A DNA stretch of 64,000 bases from Pachysolen tannophilus NRRL Y-2460 (GCA_001661245.1 KV454016.1:606648-670647); one strand, 5' to 3'; positions 31,771 through 43,277 are shown, counted from the first letter of the stretch. Numbers and translations are program-made. Notes: generated by a model from the letters alone, not told the origin.

Positions 31771-34700
31771 TTAACCAAGGACAGTATACCAATCTGAATG
31801 AACAGAATAACAGTCATGAGAGTTTTCAATGACACATTTCTTAGTTATTAACCATTGTAAAATTTCTTTTAATTCGGGAAAACTTAGAACTGCCTTGAGG
31901 GTGTTAAATAGTACCCATGATGAGATATTTGGTCTAAAGTAAATATTATGTATCATCGTTGCTATAATTTTTTTCCATAACTCAATGTTGATATTACCGT
32001 TCATATCGATCCATATCTTTGAGCAAGGTTTACCCAAGGGTAAAGCGATTTCATTGAGAGGAAATTCTTCAACATGTTTGTTACCTTTTGCTATAATGAA
32101 GTCACAGTCCAATTTTTCCTTATCGATATTACGAGAGACATAACTATCAAATAAATTTTCCATTGATTTGTCAATTCTAATTAATTTTATTTTATCACTG
32201 AAAAGTAAATGGAGTAATGGTGGGATTGTATAATCAGGAGTGACTTGTGATAAAATCATACCTTTTGAGTTTTCGGTAACTGAACATATAGCTCTGTGGA
32301 AACTTGAAGCTCCAATCAAAAAATTTTCATCAATTTTATTTTCAAGTAATTGATAAACTCTATCAGATAAGGTAAATTTAATATCCGAATCTTCTCCTAA
32401 ATACACAATTTCTTTTGCTTCTTCCAACTGTTTTAAGACTTGACGGCAATTGGAATCACCAAGTTGTTCCAAAATGGTTTTCGATTTCTTAGAATTGAAT
32501 TCACTACGTGGAGATGCAAACATCGCTTTCACTGCCACTTTTGTTTCTGTAATCGGATCATCCTTTTGAATTTCCAGTTTAAGCGGTAATGTAAAAGTTA
32601 AACTGGCTAAAATGTGTTCTCTTTCAATCATGGAACTTTCTTTGGAAAAATCAATTTCTTCAACAGGTTCAACTGTAAAAGAATATTGCGAATAATTGTC
32701 ATCAATATCGGCAAATAACGAAATAGAATCCTTATCTAAATAAAATGATTCACTATTTTTCCATAAATCAATCATATGTTCTAAATCAACATCTTGTAAA
32801 TCTTCTAATGTAACTATACCTTTCTTAATCGAATTCGTTAAAAAAATTTCCCATGCACTGCTGACTTTTGCAATTGTCTTAGATCCAACAGATTTCCTAA
32901 TTGTTGGCCATTTTTTTCTAAACTTTTCATGTTCTGAGCGTGGATAATTGAATAGTTTGGCTATCTTAATCCACTCGATTGAATTATATGGAGCTAATGA
33001 CTTACTTATGACAACTGCCTTTATAGCTAACATTATATCATCTGCTGTAAACTGAATTGTAGCCTTTCTTTGACGAGTTATTCCTACCTGAGACATTTCA
33101 TTACTATTTCTTTCTTTTTTCTTGAATTGTTTTCTTCTTTTACCTTTGGTTGTAGATAAATAAGATAAAAGCGGATCGATATGTTCCCCTTCTTCGGCCT
33201 TGTTCAATTTCAAAGTTTTATTTTCAGTCTCTTGAACCAGATCTTGAACTGGCAGTTTGTTAAATTTGTTTGGTTTGCCAATGGATTTTGCTTGCCTTTT
33301 AACTTGGTGACTCGAAGCAGTTGGAGCTACTAAACTTTCAGCTTTATCATTCTTTGTAGTGAGCTCTTGTAATTTTTTTGAAGGAGAAATTTTTGATAAT
33401 CTTGCTCGTTTCGGTGGGTTTTTATCAAAGGCTCTTGGAATCGGAGTCATTAAAAATTCAAGATCTGGCTGAATCAAAGTAGGATTCTCTAATACTGCTC
33501 GCGATGTTTTATATTCTCTAATATTTAATTTGTCTATGAAAGATTTAATTTCTTCATCACTTGGCGTATTATTAGTCGATATAAACAACGTTTTATTAGT
33601 CGTGACTTCTCCCGTACGATTTGAAACTAACTTTGTTGATAATGTCTCAATTTCTCCTTTTTGAACCAAAACCATTGAATCTCTTTTCAAAGTCTTTTTA
33701 TCAGTGGAATACAGATTATTAATTCTATTATCCAATTCTCTGCGAAATCCTTGATCAGCAACAACAATACCTCCATTTTCTTCCAACATTTTAAGAATTT
33801 CATTTTGCCTTTGAATTGACTTTAAGTTTCCACGGTATCCATCAAAACTCATAGAAAATTCCTTGGAATTGCTTAATAAGTCTCTTGGATTAGTTACTGA
33901 TGGATTTTTCAGAAAATGAGATTCAGATATTCTAGGGTTTGTAGAGAAAATTCCTTTCAATCTAAGGGCAGTTGGCTTTGGAGTAGGTGCTAAAGATGAA
34001 GTAGCTGTCAAATCAGTTTCCGAATTATTCAATTCAGGATTATCATTTTGTAAAGTAGCATCAATGGATGCAGGATTATAGTTTTCTTCATTAGCAGTTG
34101 GTGACGAAGAATCTTCAGATGGAGCTTGTTTCTTTTTCTTTTGGGAAGGTTCTTCTTCTGCAATAGGTGCTTCAGCAACATTTGACTTTCTTGGTCTCCC
34201 ACGCTTTTTAACAGATTTGTTATCATCAGAAATCAGACCTGAATCACCTTTTCCTATTTGCTCATCAATACTACCTACAGTTTCATTGGTATTATCAATC
34301 ACCACCAGAAAATTCGAGGTTTTTGCATCATTTCGTTTCAATAAATGTTGAGTTTCTTTCTTCAAAACTGGATCTTTAATTCCTCCCCAATAGACTCTCT
34401 CTATACCATCTCCACATTTGACAATATCAATTGTATTTCCAATGGGTTTATAATTCTGTAAGCTTAATTCCACAAGTGAGCAATCATCGGAAAAATCTTG
34501 TTTAGAAAATTCTCCCAATAAAGATGAATTTAAATAGTATCTAAAGAATTTCGACTTCCCATCGGAATCAGTAACTCTAAAGATTGGATTAGCTGAATTT
34601 TCATTTCCCAGATCGGAAAAAGGTAAGGAAGAAAAGTATCTAGAAAACCATTTATTATTACTTCCTGTTAAGTTTTTAGTTAATTCCATTGATGTAATAC

Positions 34701-35712
34701 CTTTATTTCCGCTTTTAGCCACTGCTTGCATGATTTGACTGTCTAAAGTAAACAATTGATTCATTGACGGAACAGGATCTTGTTTGTCATTGGAAAATTT
34801 TTCTTCAGAATCCTCATCTTCATCTTCGTCCTCATCATCAACAGCATCTTGTTGTTCATCTGAAGAAATTTCTTCACCATCATTTTGAAGATTATCTTGA
34901 GCATCATAATCTTTTACATACATTAAAGCTCTTGCTTTTACTTGAGAATTTTCTGAAGGCATAACGTAGACAATTTTAAGAAATCCATTTTCCACTAAAC
35001 TAACTATTAATTTTCTAAATCTTTTCAAGTCTTGCTTAGAAGTAAATCCCAACTGTCTTCCTAAATCATACTGAACTCTCAATTTGTTTTTAGAATCTTT
35101 AACTGCTTCCACTATGGATTTCAATATTGCAGGGCGATTAACTATTTGTGCTTCCCGATTTTCTTCAAACCATTTTTCATCGAAAAACCTTTTATGAACA
35201 AGTAAATTAGTAGTTACACCAGGACGTATTATTGGTATTTTCACTATTAAATCTTGAGAAATTAAAGTATCTAAACGTGAAGTAAAACTTCTCGGATCCT
35301 GCCCTGAAGCCTTTGCTAATTCACTTCCAGTTATACCTTCATTTTTCTTTTTAATGATTATAGATAAAAGATCAAAAGGATTAGAACCTATTGGGTTCCC
35401 AGTCTTGGGCATATTTGTAAGAAATAACCATCTTTTTTCTTCACTTATTTTAATAATTATATCTTGTTTCTGATTTAATATATAATTAAAATCTGTTTCC
35501 CTAGCAAGCAATCTATTCGATTCAAAAACATTTATCTCTCGATTCTTCATCAAATATGTCCAAATAATCATCTTGAAAACATTATTTAACGATATTATTC
35601 TATTAGATACAATTTCCCATACATTATCTAATTTCGCCCCATCAGGAAAGTTAATGATTAATTCCTCAATTATATAATCAACAAGTTCATCAGGAGATGG
35701 AACTGCCGACAT
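31771..35712 (-). CDS. TFC3: TFIIIC B-block-binding subunit (tau138), 1313 aa
   Basis: PDELV N-terminus, ELAKASGQDPRSFTSRL winged-helix motif, C-terminal PLGKPCSKIWIDMNGNINIELW. Confidence 0.85.
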   Translation of the reverse strand: MSAVPSPDELVDYIIEELIINFPDGAKLDNVWEIVSNRIISLNNVFKMIIWTYLMKNREINVFESNRLLARETDFNYILNQKQDIIIKISEEKRWLFLTNMPKTGNPIGSNPFDLLSIIIKKKNEGITGSELAKASGQDPRSFTSRLDTLISQDLIVKIPIIRPGVTTNLLVHKRFFDEKWFEENREAQIVNRPAILKSIVEAVKDSKNKLRVQYDLGRQLGFTSKQDLKRFRKLIVSLVENGFLKIVYVMPSENSQVKARALMYVKDYDAQDNLQNDGEEISSDEQQDAVDDEDEDEDEDSEEKFSNDKQDPVPSMNQLFTLDSQIMQAVAKSGNKGITSMELTKNLTGSNNKWFSRYFSSLPFSDLGNENSANPIFRVTDSDGKSKFFRYYLNSSLLGEFSKQDFSDDCSLVELSLQNYKPIGNTIDIVKCGDGIERVYWGGIKDPVLKKETQHLLKRNDAKTSNFLVVIDNTNETVGSIDEQIGKGDSGLISDDNKSVKKRGRPRKSNVAEAPIAEEEPSQKKKKQAPSEDSSSPTANEENYNPASIDATLQNDNPELNNSETDLTATSSLAPTPKPTALRLKGIFSTNPRISESHFLKNPSVTNPRDLLSNSKEFSMSFDGYRGNLKSIQRQNEILKMLEENGGIVVADQGFRRELDNRINNLYSTDKKTLKRDSMVLVQKGEIETLSTKLVSNRTGEVTTNKTLFISTNNTPSDEEIKSFIDKLNIREYKTSRAVLENPTLIQPDLEFLMTPIPRAFDKNPPKRARLSKISPSKKLQELTTKNDKAESLVAPTASSHQVKRQAKSIGKPNKFNKLPVQDLVQETENKTLKLNKAEEGEHIDPLLSYLSTTKGKRRKQFKKKERNSNEMSQVGITRQRKATIQFTADDIMLAIKAVVISKSLAPYNSIEWIKIAKLFNYPRSEHEKFRKKWPTIRKSVGSKTIAKVSSAWEIFLTNSIKKGIVTLEDLQDVDLEHMIDLWKNSESFYLDKDSISLFADIDDNYSQYSFTVEPVEEIDFSKESSMIEREHILASLTFTLPLKLEIQKDDPITETKVAVKAMFASPRSEFNSKKSKTILEQLGDSNCRQVLKQLEEAKEIVYLGEDSDIKFTLSDRVYQLLENKIDENFLIGASSFHRAICSVTENSKGMILSQVTPDYTIPPLLHLLFSDKIKLIRIDKSMENLFDSYVSRNIDKEKLDCDFIIAKGNKHVEEFPLNEIALPLGKPCSKIWIDMNGNINIELWKKIIATMIHNIYFRPNISSWVLFNTLKAVLSFPELKEILQWLITKKCVIENSHDCYSVHSDWYTVLG

Positions 35713-36041
35713 CTTTCTGGAAAAAGTTATTTATAATTAATTGTTTCCACTTAAATATGATATAGAATTCAAACTATATTGTATTCCATATTTCTCTTAA
35801 AACTCAATAATTTGTTAAATAAAATAACGATAAACAACTTTCTATTTCCTAATTTGGAAGACAGCTTTACTACTATTAAATATCAAATAAATCGACAACA
35901 ACGATAAAGAGAATGATGATGATGATGATGATGATGAGGATACTGATGAATATTTTTATTTAAAGATTCTTACAGGGGAGAGATTTGAAATGACATATTT
36001 GTGTTTTTCCGGTACTATATACAAATTATCTATATATCTTA

Positions 36042-36893
36042 TTAGGTGTAAAATTTGATTGCATCTTGTATCTTAACATAGGAGCCTTTTGGACCTGCTA
36101 CTGGACCTTTTACCAATATATATCCCTTTTCATCATTGATATCGACAATTTCGACATTTTGTATTGTTACATTATCACCACCTAATCTACCAGCCATCTT
36201 TTTTCCTGGTAAAACTCTTCCAGGAGTTTGATTTTGTCCCGTAGAACCAGCAGATCTATGAGCCAAGGAAACACCGTGACTTGCTTTTAAACCATGGAAA
36301 TGCCATCTTTTCATAACACCAGCAAAACCTTTACCCTTTGATACAGACTTCAAGTCCACAAACTTCCCAACTTCAAATAAAGAAGGTTTTAACACGGTAC
36401 CTACTGGTAATAAATTTGATTCATCTTTAATTTGAAATTCAACAATTTTTTCCTTTGGAGAAACTTCGGCTTTACTAAAATGGCCCAACATTTGTTTTGT
36501 CTGGTTTTTCAATTTATAACCATATCCAACTTGTTGTGCCACGTAACCGTCATTATCTAATGTTTTATTATGAATAACTTCTACTTGATCAATTTCTAAA
36601 ACTGTACAACCAATTTTATCTCCATTTTCACGGAAAAAAGGAACCATACCTTTCTTGACTCCAATTAATCCACATCTTGCTAGTAATCTCTTTCTATGCC
36701 TTGCTGCTTCTGGTGATTTATCAAAAGTAGGTGTTTCTGTATAGACATAAGGAATAGCACCTGGTGAAGTTAAAGAAGCTTTTGTTCTCAACTGTTGTTG
36801 TTGCTTCAACGGCAGTTGCAACTGCAGTTGAAACCGCAACAAACCTTGCTGCGAGAATCTCAATCTCAATAAAGACTTCAGAATATTACTCAT
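36042..36893 (-). CDS. MRPL9: Mitochondrial ribosomal protein uL3m
   Basis: GLIGVKKGM, SKGKGFAGVMKRWHFHG...SHGVSLAHRSAGSTGQNQTPGRV; basic presequence from ATG 36893. Confidence 0.95.
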   Translation of the reverse strand: MSNILKSLLRLRFSQQGLLRFQLQLQLPLKQQQQLRTKASLTSPGAIPYVYTETPTFDKSPEAARHRKRLLARCGLIGVKKGMVPFFRENGDKIGCTVLEIDQVEVIHNKTLDNDGYVAQQVGYGYKLKNQTKQMLGHFSKAEVSPKEKIVEFQIKDESNLLPVGTVLKPSLFEVGKFVDLKSVSKGKGFAGVMKRWHFHGLKASHGVSLAHRSAGSTGQNQTPGRVLPGKKMAGRLGGDNVTIQNVEIVDINDEKGYILVKGPVAGPKGSYVKIQDAIKFYT

Positions 36894-37224
36894 TCTATTT
36901 AGCTTTAGCTTCAAAGATATATTAACACAATAAATAAAATATAACAAATCTTGTATACTATCTTTCAATTTCGCTTCTCGTTGAATTTAATAAAAATTTT
37001 TCAAAAACTATTGACTCTTAAATGATACACGACCATATTTTTCTTTGCAATTTTTCATTTAATACTACGAATCAATGAAATAAATGAAATAAATTAATAA
37101 CTACAAAGATCAGTTTCTATATCTTAGATCAAGTATTTGAAACTGTTATGACATTGAAAAAATTAATAAGCTAAAATAAAATAAAAAAATAAATAAAAAA
37201 AAAAATTATGCGCTATGTACAAGT

Positions 37225-37908
37225 TTATTTTATTTTTTTATCTTTCAATGTAATAGTTTCATCATCAATATATATTCCTTTACCTTTATAAGGTTCTGGT
37301 GGGTGGAATTTCCTCAAGTTTGCAGCATAAAGCTTCACCTGTTGCTTATCGATTCCTTCAATTATTATTCTTGTTGTAGAAGGAGCTGATACAATTAATT
37401 TTTCAGGAACTGGGAGTCCTTGTAATACACATTTACCAACTTTCATCATTACATAATTTTTCCCATCATCTTTTTTTTCAATTTGAGCTCTGTACCCTGT
37501 ACCAACAAATCGTAACATAGTAAGATGGCCTTCACTTACACCTACAATATTATTTTGTAAAATTGATCTTACAGTTCCCCACATGGATTTTTGAATCTTA
37601 TCATCTAAATCAGGTACTGATACATTCAATTTACCTTCTAAATTTTCAATTTTTACAAAATCAGGAATAATTAAATCCAAAGCACCTTTTGGTCCCTTTA
37701 TCGTTGCAACTTGCGACAACTTAATTGTTGATCTTCCCTTTTTAATAATCTTAGGTATTAAAATTTTATTTAATTCAAAACTAGTTTCCGCTGTCATATA
37801 AATTGGAGCCGAACCTATATGTGACTGAACATATCTACTAGTAGAGAAAAACATCCGGCTACTAGTGAACATCGCTCTCCTCGAGCAACCAACTTGACCA
37901 AACAACAT
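37225..37908 (-). CDS. MRPL6: Mitochondrial ribosomal protein uL6m, 227 aa
   Basis: SHIGSAPI, IKGPKG, MWGTVRSIL, FVGTGYRA, HPPEPYKGKGIY. Confidence 0.95.
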   Translation of the reverse strand: MLFGQVGCSRRAMFTSSRMFFSTSRYVQSHIGSAPIYMTAETSFELNKILIPKIIKKGRSTIKLSQVATIKGPKGALDLIIPDFVKIENLEGKLNVSVPDLDDKIQKSMWGTVRSILQNNIVGVSEGHLTMLRFVGTGYRAQIEKKDDGKNYVMMKVGKCVLQGLPVPEKLIVSAPSTTRIIIEGIDKQQVKLYAANLRKFHPPEPYKGKGIYIDDETITLKDKKIK

Positions 37909-37934
37909 TTTTTAACCTAACTCTCGAAGACCTA

Positions 37935-37980
<46 letters not shown>

Positions 37981-38306
37981 AGAGTTCATTCATTTTCGTA
38001 TTGTCCGTCAATCTTTTGTTGATGGAACGGAACAAACAAAAAAAAAAAAAAAAAAATTTTGTTTATTTGCCCGCTACAAAAACAAAACCAGAAAAAATCA
38101 AATTTGGCAGATTTTTATTTTTTATTTTTGAATCTGCCAAATTGTCAGTTGTTGTTTGCCCGTGTTGTTATGTGAATGGACCAGACCACAGGATGACCCC
38201 TTATTGATCTCTATGACCCGATAACAATTTAACCGCCGATAAGATGAAAATGAAAACAAAAGATATATATATATATAGTTTATATTGAATTTGTTTAATC
38301 ACGAGG

Positions 38307-41300
38307 ATGTCAACATCTTTGTTGGCGTATAGTCAACAAAGGTTGACATTAGGAGTGGTTCTGGTGGTTGGTTTGAAGTTTGGAGATGGGAAGTTGGGTT
38401 TTTCAAAATTGAAATCATTACGAGGTTGTTATCAGATGGGGAAAAGGTTTATGGCGTTTATGCCGCCGCCGCTGCCACAATTAGCAGCATCAGCTTCATT
38501 AGCACCTTCAGGTTCATTAGCGCTGCTACCGCCGTTGTTGAATAATGGTAATGATTACGATAATTTAAAAGTTGATGATGAAATTTTTCTCAAAAATTTA
38601 TTGTACAAAGCAGAATTCCGATCAACTTTAAATTATTACTCTAAATTTAAATATAATAGGATATTTAAGCATTTTCAAAAATCTCCTCAATTAATTCAAG
38701 AATTAACAGCGCTTAATGAAAAACTGTCTTGTTTTGAAGATAATGAAAATAAATTACCCGATATAGGTTCTCTTGTGGAGGCACAACTTAATTCAGGTGA
38801 AGTTATCTTTGGTATTGTTATTAAACCATCAATTGGTAAATTTAACGAATCTTTAAATTGTTTACAAGTTTTCACAATAGATGGGAAATTTATTAATATA
38901 AGACCTTGCGATGTTACTTTCCACATTTATAAATTTTATAATGTAAAATTTTTACAAAATTTTTTAAATTCAGAAATTGAAGATTTTAAATATTCTCATT
39001 TACAACAGGTTCAATATTCTTTAATTTTATTTATTGATTATTCATTAAGTGTTTTTGAAAAATTGAATTCAACATCAATTTTTGATTATGTTTTTGCAAA
39101 TATTTCCTCTGACAATATCATGAAAAGTTTAACTTTGCAAAATGCTTATAGATCTATTCCTAAAGAAGGTTTGAGTAATCGAAAGATTACACCTTTTGCC
39201 GTTTTATTTGCTTTACATTTAAAATTAACAAATGATCCAATTAATTATCAATTTTATAAATCATCATCCAGTTTTAACTTAACTTCAAATAATAATTCCA
39301 ATTTTACTCCCACATATTTTGTAAATTCAAAAAATTTGCAAGATAAATTATATGATGTAATATATAATCTTCACCAACAAGACTTTGACGAATTTAATGA
39401 TTATGTTAAGTTACTCTTACAAGAAATAGCGGTAAATGGTGTGCTAAATAGCAATTTACTCAAATCATTTTATTATACTAGTAATATTAATAAGTTGATT
39501 GTTTCTTTTCTAAAATATTACATAGTGTACCCTCATGAATTATTTGAAAAAACATTGGCAAAAGTCATTAAAAATAACCAAGATAGGTCACCAGCAGCTG
39601 TTTTCAAATTATTAGTCAAATTAAATATTTATAGAGATGATGAAATCAATGGATTCGATGATCCACTATTATCTACAGATAATTTTTTTGTGCATCCTAA
39701 AAATCAAACAACATTGGCAGTTTTAAACACAAATCAACTATCTGATACTCATAGTAAAGTTTTCAATAACTGGAAATTCGCCAAAGATGATGAAACTTAT
39801 AAGTCTAATGATGATAACAATAATAATAACAATAACAATGAAAGTATGTCAATGGAGTATCAAGATTTTTTTAAGCATTTAAGAAATCATAATGACTTAA
39901 CAATGCATAAAAAGGATATACAAGTTTTTGGAATACCACTTCGTGGAAACTTACTTGAATTGGGATTTAACAAACAAACTAGCGACCTTTGTTTCTCAAT
40001 TGAAAAAATTAATAGCAGGAACTGGATAGTAAATATTCATTTACCTGATGTAGGTAGCTTTATATCACCAAATTCTAATATTTTTAAACAAATTTTGGAA
40101 AGATTTATTGTTAAAGATTTCAAGTTGCCAAACGGATTGATGTCTTTCTTACCTAATGATATCATCAATGGACTAGTATTTAAAGAAATTGATCAACAGT
40201 TTGAAGATTATAATGAAGATGAAAAAGTGTTTAACTGTATTACGCTAAGTTTTCAATATAGACCTAGAGATGACGAGAAAAATTTTGAAAATCCTATTGT
40301 TACTTTAAAATTAGATAAAATTAACGATGTCAAGATCTTATTAAAAGAGGAGTTGGATTATGCTCTAGGAAATTCATCTTCATTTTTTGACACATATACG
40401 AACCCAAATATTCGAACATCATTAGATCTTACTCCCATAACAGATATTATTCAAGTTTTACAGTTGAAAAGGAATTTCAGAAAATCTTTTGGATCACTTA
40501 ATATAAATTTTGCTTCACAGTCCTTGAGTGTTAATAACAACCACATTAAAGATGATGATATTTTATTCGATGAATCAAAATTACAATTTAAGTCTTCATG
40601 TAATCTCAAACCATTTTCGACTGAACTGTTTTATGAGGAATTGTCTTTAATGATTGATGAGTTTTCTTCAATTTATTCTTCAAACAATCATATTAATGCA
40701 TATTTTCATACTCAAACTTTTAGGGAAGAAACAACAGATAAAGATGATGTAGTTATTGTTAACCCAATGAATTCGTTAACACCAAAATATACGGCCTCAA
40801 TTTTTGATCATTTTTTATTTGAAAGAACTTATTCAAATAATTTGACTCCGACTTCGTATTTTTGCTGTTTGGAATTTTTATCACAAGATGAGTTATTCAC
40901 TGATCGAGGTAACACTTCTAATGGCGGTGGTTATATGTTATATGGATTACACAATAATTTGATGAAATTTGGTATTCCACTCTCATCTTTAGAAAATTTA
41001 ATTAACCAGTGGCAAATTTTAAAGTTTCTTGAAAAACAGTTCTTCTTAGAGAATCCAGGATTTGATGAGTCGCATTTATTTTTAAACGGATATTTATTAA
41101 ATGAAGAAGATAAAGTCACTAGGGAAAGAAACCTTGATTTGAAATCTTTTCATAAAAAGTATATTTCTAAGAATGAGAAGGTTATAGATTTCATGACTCA
41201 AAACTCTAAACGATACTGGGTTTTAAAATGGCTTGAAAATTTTTACAAACCAGTAAATCGAAAGTTTTATGAACAAAATAATCTTGATAATACTGTTGAG

Positions 41301-41549
41301 ACAGAATCAGAGTTTTTCCCGATCTTATCATCACCAGAGGCCAAATCTGCTTTACCAGTTTTTTTCAAATGCGTAGTATTTCAGTCTAATGCTTATCCAA
41401 GGTTGGCAAGGGCCTATTGCATGGAGTTGGGAATTGAGGTGGAGATTCTTTTGTTTTCTGACACAAAAGTTGTTGTTGGAGACAGATTGGTTTGCACCAC
41501 TATAGTTTATCTAGATAGCATCTCTAAAAGATTGGTTTTGATGCAATAA
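38307..41549 (+). CDS. Divergent RNase II/RNB-family protein (Dss1/Cyt-4-like), probably catalytically inactive, 1080 aa
   Basis: DFFKHLR, FSIEK...VNIHLPDV (HIAD-like), CITLSF, ENLINQWQI, SKRYWVLKWL, C-terminal S1-like region. Confidence 0.65.
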   Translation: MSTSLLAYSQQRLTLGVVLVVGLKFGDGKLGFSKLKSLRGCYQMGKRFMAFMPPPLPQLAASASLAPSGSLALLPPLLNNGNDYDNLKVDDEIFLKNLLYKAEFRSTLNYYSKFKYNRIFKHFQKSPQLIQELTALNEKLSCFEDNENKLPDIGSLVEAQLNSGEVIFGIVIKPSIGKFNESLNCLQVFTIDGKFINIRPCDVTFHIYKFYNVKFLQNFLNSEIEDFKYSHLQQVQYSLILFIDYSLSVFEKLNSTSIFDYVFANISSDNIMKSLTLQNAYRSIPKEGLSNRKITPFAVLFALHLKLTNDPINYQFYKSSSSFNLTSNNNSNFTPTYFVNSKNLQDKLYDVIYNLHQQDFDEFNDYVKLLLQEIAVNGVLNSNLLKSFYYTSNINKLIVSFLKYYIVYPHELFEKTLAKVIKNNQDRSPAAVFKLLVKLNIYRDDEINGFDDPLLSTDNFFVHPKNQTTLAVLNTNQLSDTHSKVFNNWKFAKDDETYKSNDDNNNNNNNNESMSMEYQDFFKHLRNHNDLTMHKKDIQVFGIPLRGNLLELGFNKQTSDLCFSIEKINSRNWIVNIHLPDVGSFISPNSNIFKQILERFIVKDFKLPNGLMSFLPNDIINGLVFKEIDQQFEDYNEDEKVFNCITLSFQYRPRDDEKNFENPIVTLKLDKINDVKILLKEELDYALGNSSSFFDTYTNPNIRTSLDLTPITDIIQVLQLKRNFRKSFGSLNINFASQSLSVNNNHIKDDDILFDESKLQFKSSCNLKPFSTELFYEELSLMIDEFSSIYSSNNHINAYFHTQTFREETTDKDDVVIVNPMNSLTPKYTASIFDHFLFERTYSNNLTPTSYFCCLEFLSQDELFTDRGNTSNGGGYMLYGLHNNLMKFGIPLSSLENLINQWQILKFLEKQFFLENPGFDESHLFLNGYLLNEEDKVTRERNLDLKSFHKKYISKNEKVIDFMTQNSKRYWVLKWLENFYKPVNRKFYEQNNLDNTVETESEFFPILSSPEAKSALPVFFKCVVFQSNAYPRLARAYCMELGIEVEILLFSDTKVVVGDRLVCTTIVYLDSISKRLVLMQ

Positions 41550-41786
41550 TTCTTGAAGCTACTATCCCATTCATTCGTATTTATTTAATATTTCTATTTA
41601 TTTATTTATTTATTGCTTATCATGATCCATGGTATTATTTATTATTTCTATTTATTTATTTATTTATTTATTTATTCAAAAGGTTATGATGGTATGCAAT
41701 ATATCTCTACGTTTACATTATTGCACATTTACATTATACAACAAAAGTAACAATAATTTATAGAGAATGTGTGAAAAAATACTAAC

Positions 41787-42338
41787 TTAATACAATTTTA
41801 AATCCTTCGTGACTTGATCTAGTACTGCTTTTGGAGCTGGACCTAACCCCAAGACAGTAGCGGAACCAGCAGCAATTTGTGTTCTACCAGCATCATGAAC
41901 TATATACGAATTTATATTTAACGAAATTGCTCTTGCATATAATAAATCCATATCCTCCTGGTTATCACATTTCAAAGTTATCTTTGCTTGACCTGAATTT
42001 TCCCAACGTTCTAATAATTGTAAATTTTTAGAAAATTCACCTGTTAACATTAACCTATATAGAGCTATAGCAGCATGACAACACTGAGCTGCCGCTTTAC
42101 CTTTTCCCATTTGTAAGTCGGTTCTAACTATTAATGCAATTCTACACTCACCCGGTATCTCATTCAAAGGTCTTGAATCAACTTCAAATATTTCTTCTTC
42201 TTCTTCTTCTTCTTCTTCTTCAGTACTTCCTCGACAGATGGGGTTTTGCAATAATGGGACTTGAGATCCTAAAAATACTCCAACAGCTAGGGCAATAGCC
42301 GACACAGCTACATATCGAACCACTTGATTCGATGACAT
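41787..42338 (-). CDS. PTH2: Peptidyl-tRNA hydrolase 2, 183 aa
   Basis: VRTDLQMGKGKAAAQCCHA, HDAGRTQIAAGSATVLGLGP, N-terminal TM. Confidence 0.95.
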   Translation of the reverse strand: MSSNQVVRYVAVSAIALAVGVFLGSQVPLLQNPICRGSTEEEEEEEEEEIFEVDSRPLNEIPGECRIALIVRTDLQMGKGKAAAQCCHAAIALYRLMLTGEFSKNLQLLERWENSGQAKITLKCDNQEDMDLLYARAISLNINSYIVHDAGRTQIAAGSATVLGLGPAPKAVLDQVTKDLKLY

Positions 42339-42537
42339 ATTTTCTTCTATAACAACTCCTAGAAAATCAATATCTCAGAACAGTTTAATTGTTTAATATA
42401 AATTATATTTATTTATATTCATATATATATATATTACTTAAAGGAGAGAGATAGAAAAAAAAAAATCTTAGCATAACTAGCATACTTTTGGATCAAATGA
42501 TCAGTTACAATTATATTCATTATTTCTATTTAAATAG

Positions 42538-43277
42538 TTAAACTAATACTTTTTTTTGAGCATTTTTCTTCTTTGACTTCTTCTTTTCAATTCCTTTGGT
42601 ATAGTTTCTCCAATTATGAACTCTTTCATCTCTAGTGTCTTCCCATTTTTTCTTCAAATCTTGCTTCACTTTTCTTTCTTGTGTGATTTCTTCTAACCTT
42701 TGCTTTTCTCTCCCTTCTTCTTCCATTTGTTGTTTTAATTGCAATTTCTTTATCAATTGTTCATCTATTATCAAATCTTTGACTTTTTCTCTCCATTCTT
42801 TTAAAAAACTTTGACTTTTCAATCTATCGTCATCAACTGACCAATTTTTTTCTTTTATCAATACTCTCCTTGCTTCTGTAAATTTGTTGTCTAATTTCAT
42901 TCTTGTCTCCTCATTACTTAGATCATTTTGAGCCTTCTTCAACAAGTCAAAGGCATCTGGTGCTCTTGCATTTTTTGTTTTATCCGGATGAATCAATAAC
43001 GATTTCTTCCGGTATACCTTCTTGATATCAGATTCTGAACAACCTGGTTGTAAATCTAAAACCGAGTAAGAGTCTAGCCTAAAGCAAGACAATATTCTAT
43101 TAATTTCTTTATCCTAAGACAATTCATACAGCTTGACTGTTAGTTTATCTAATCACTTTTTTTTTTTTTTACAAATAAATAATTTAATCACAAATTTCAA
43201 TGGAATATACATACTTTTATAAGTTCATTTTGCTCTTCACTTAAAATTTTTTCAATATCATTATTCTCTTCACCCAT
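42538..43277 (-). CDS. J-domain protein, Spf31/DNAJC8-like, 212 aa; exons 43215-43277 and 42538-43113
   Basis: Intron 43114-43214 (GTATGT...AACTAAC...TAG); YRKKSLLIHPDK, WEDTRDERVHNWR. Confidence 0.85.
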
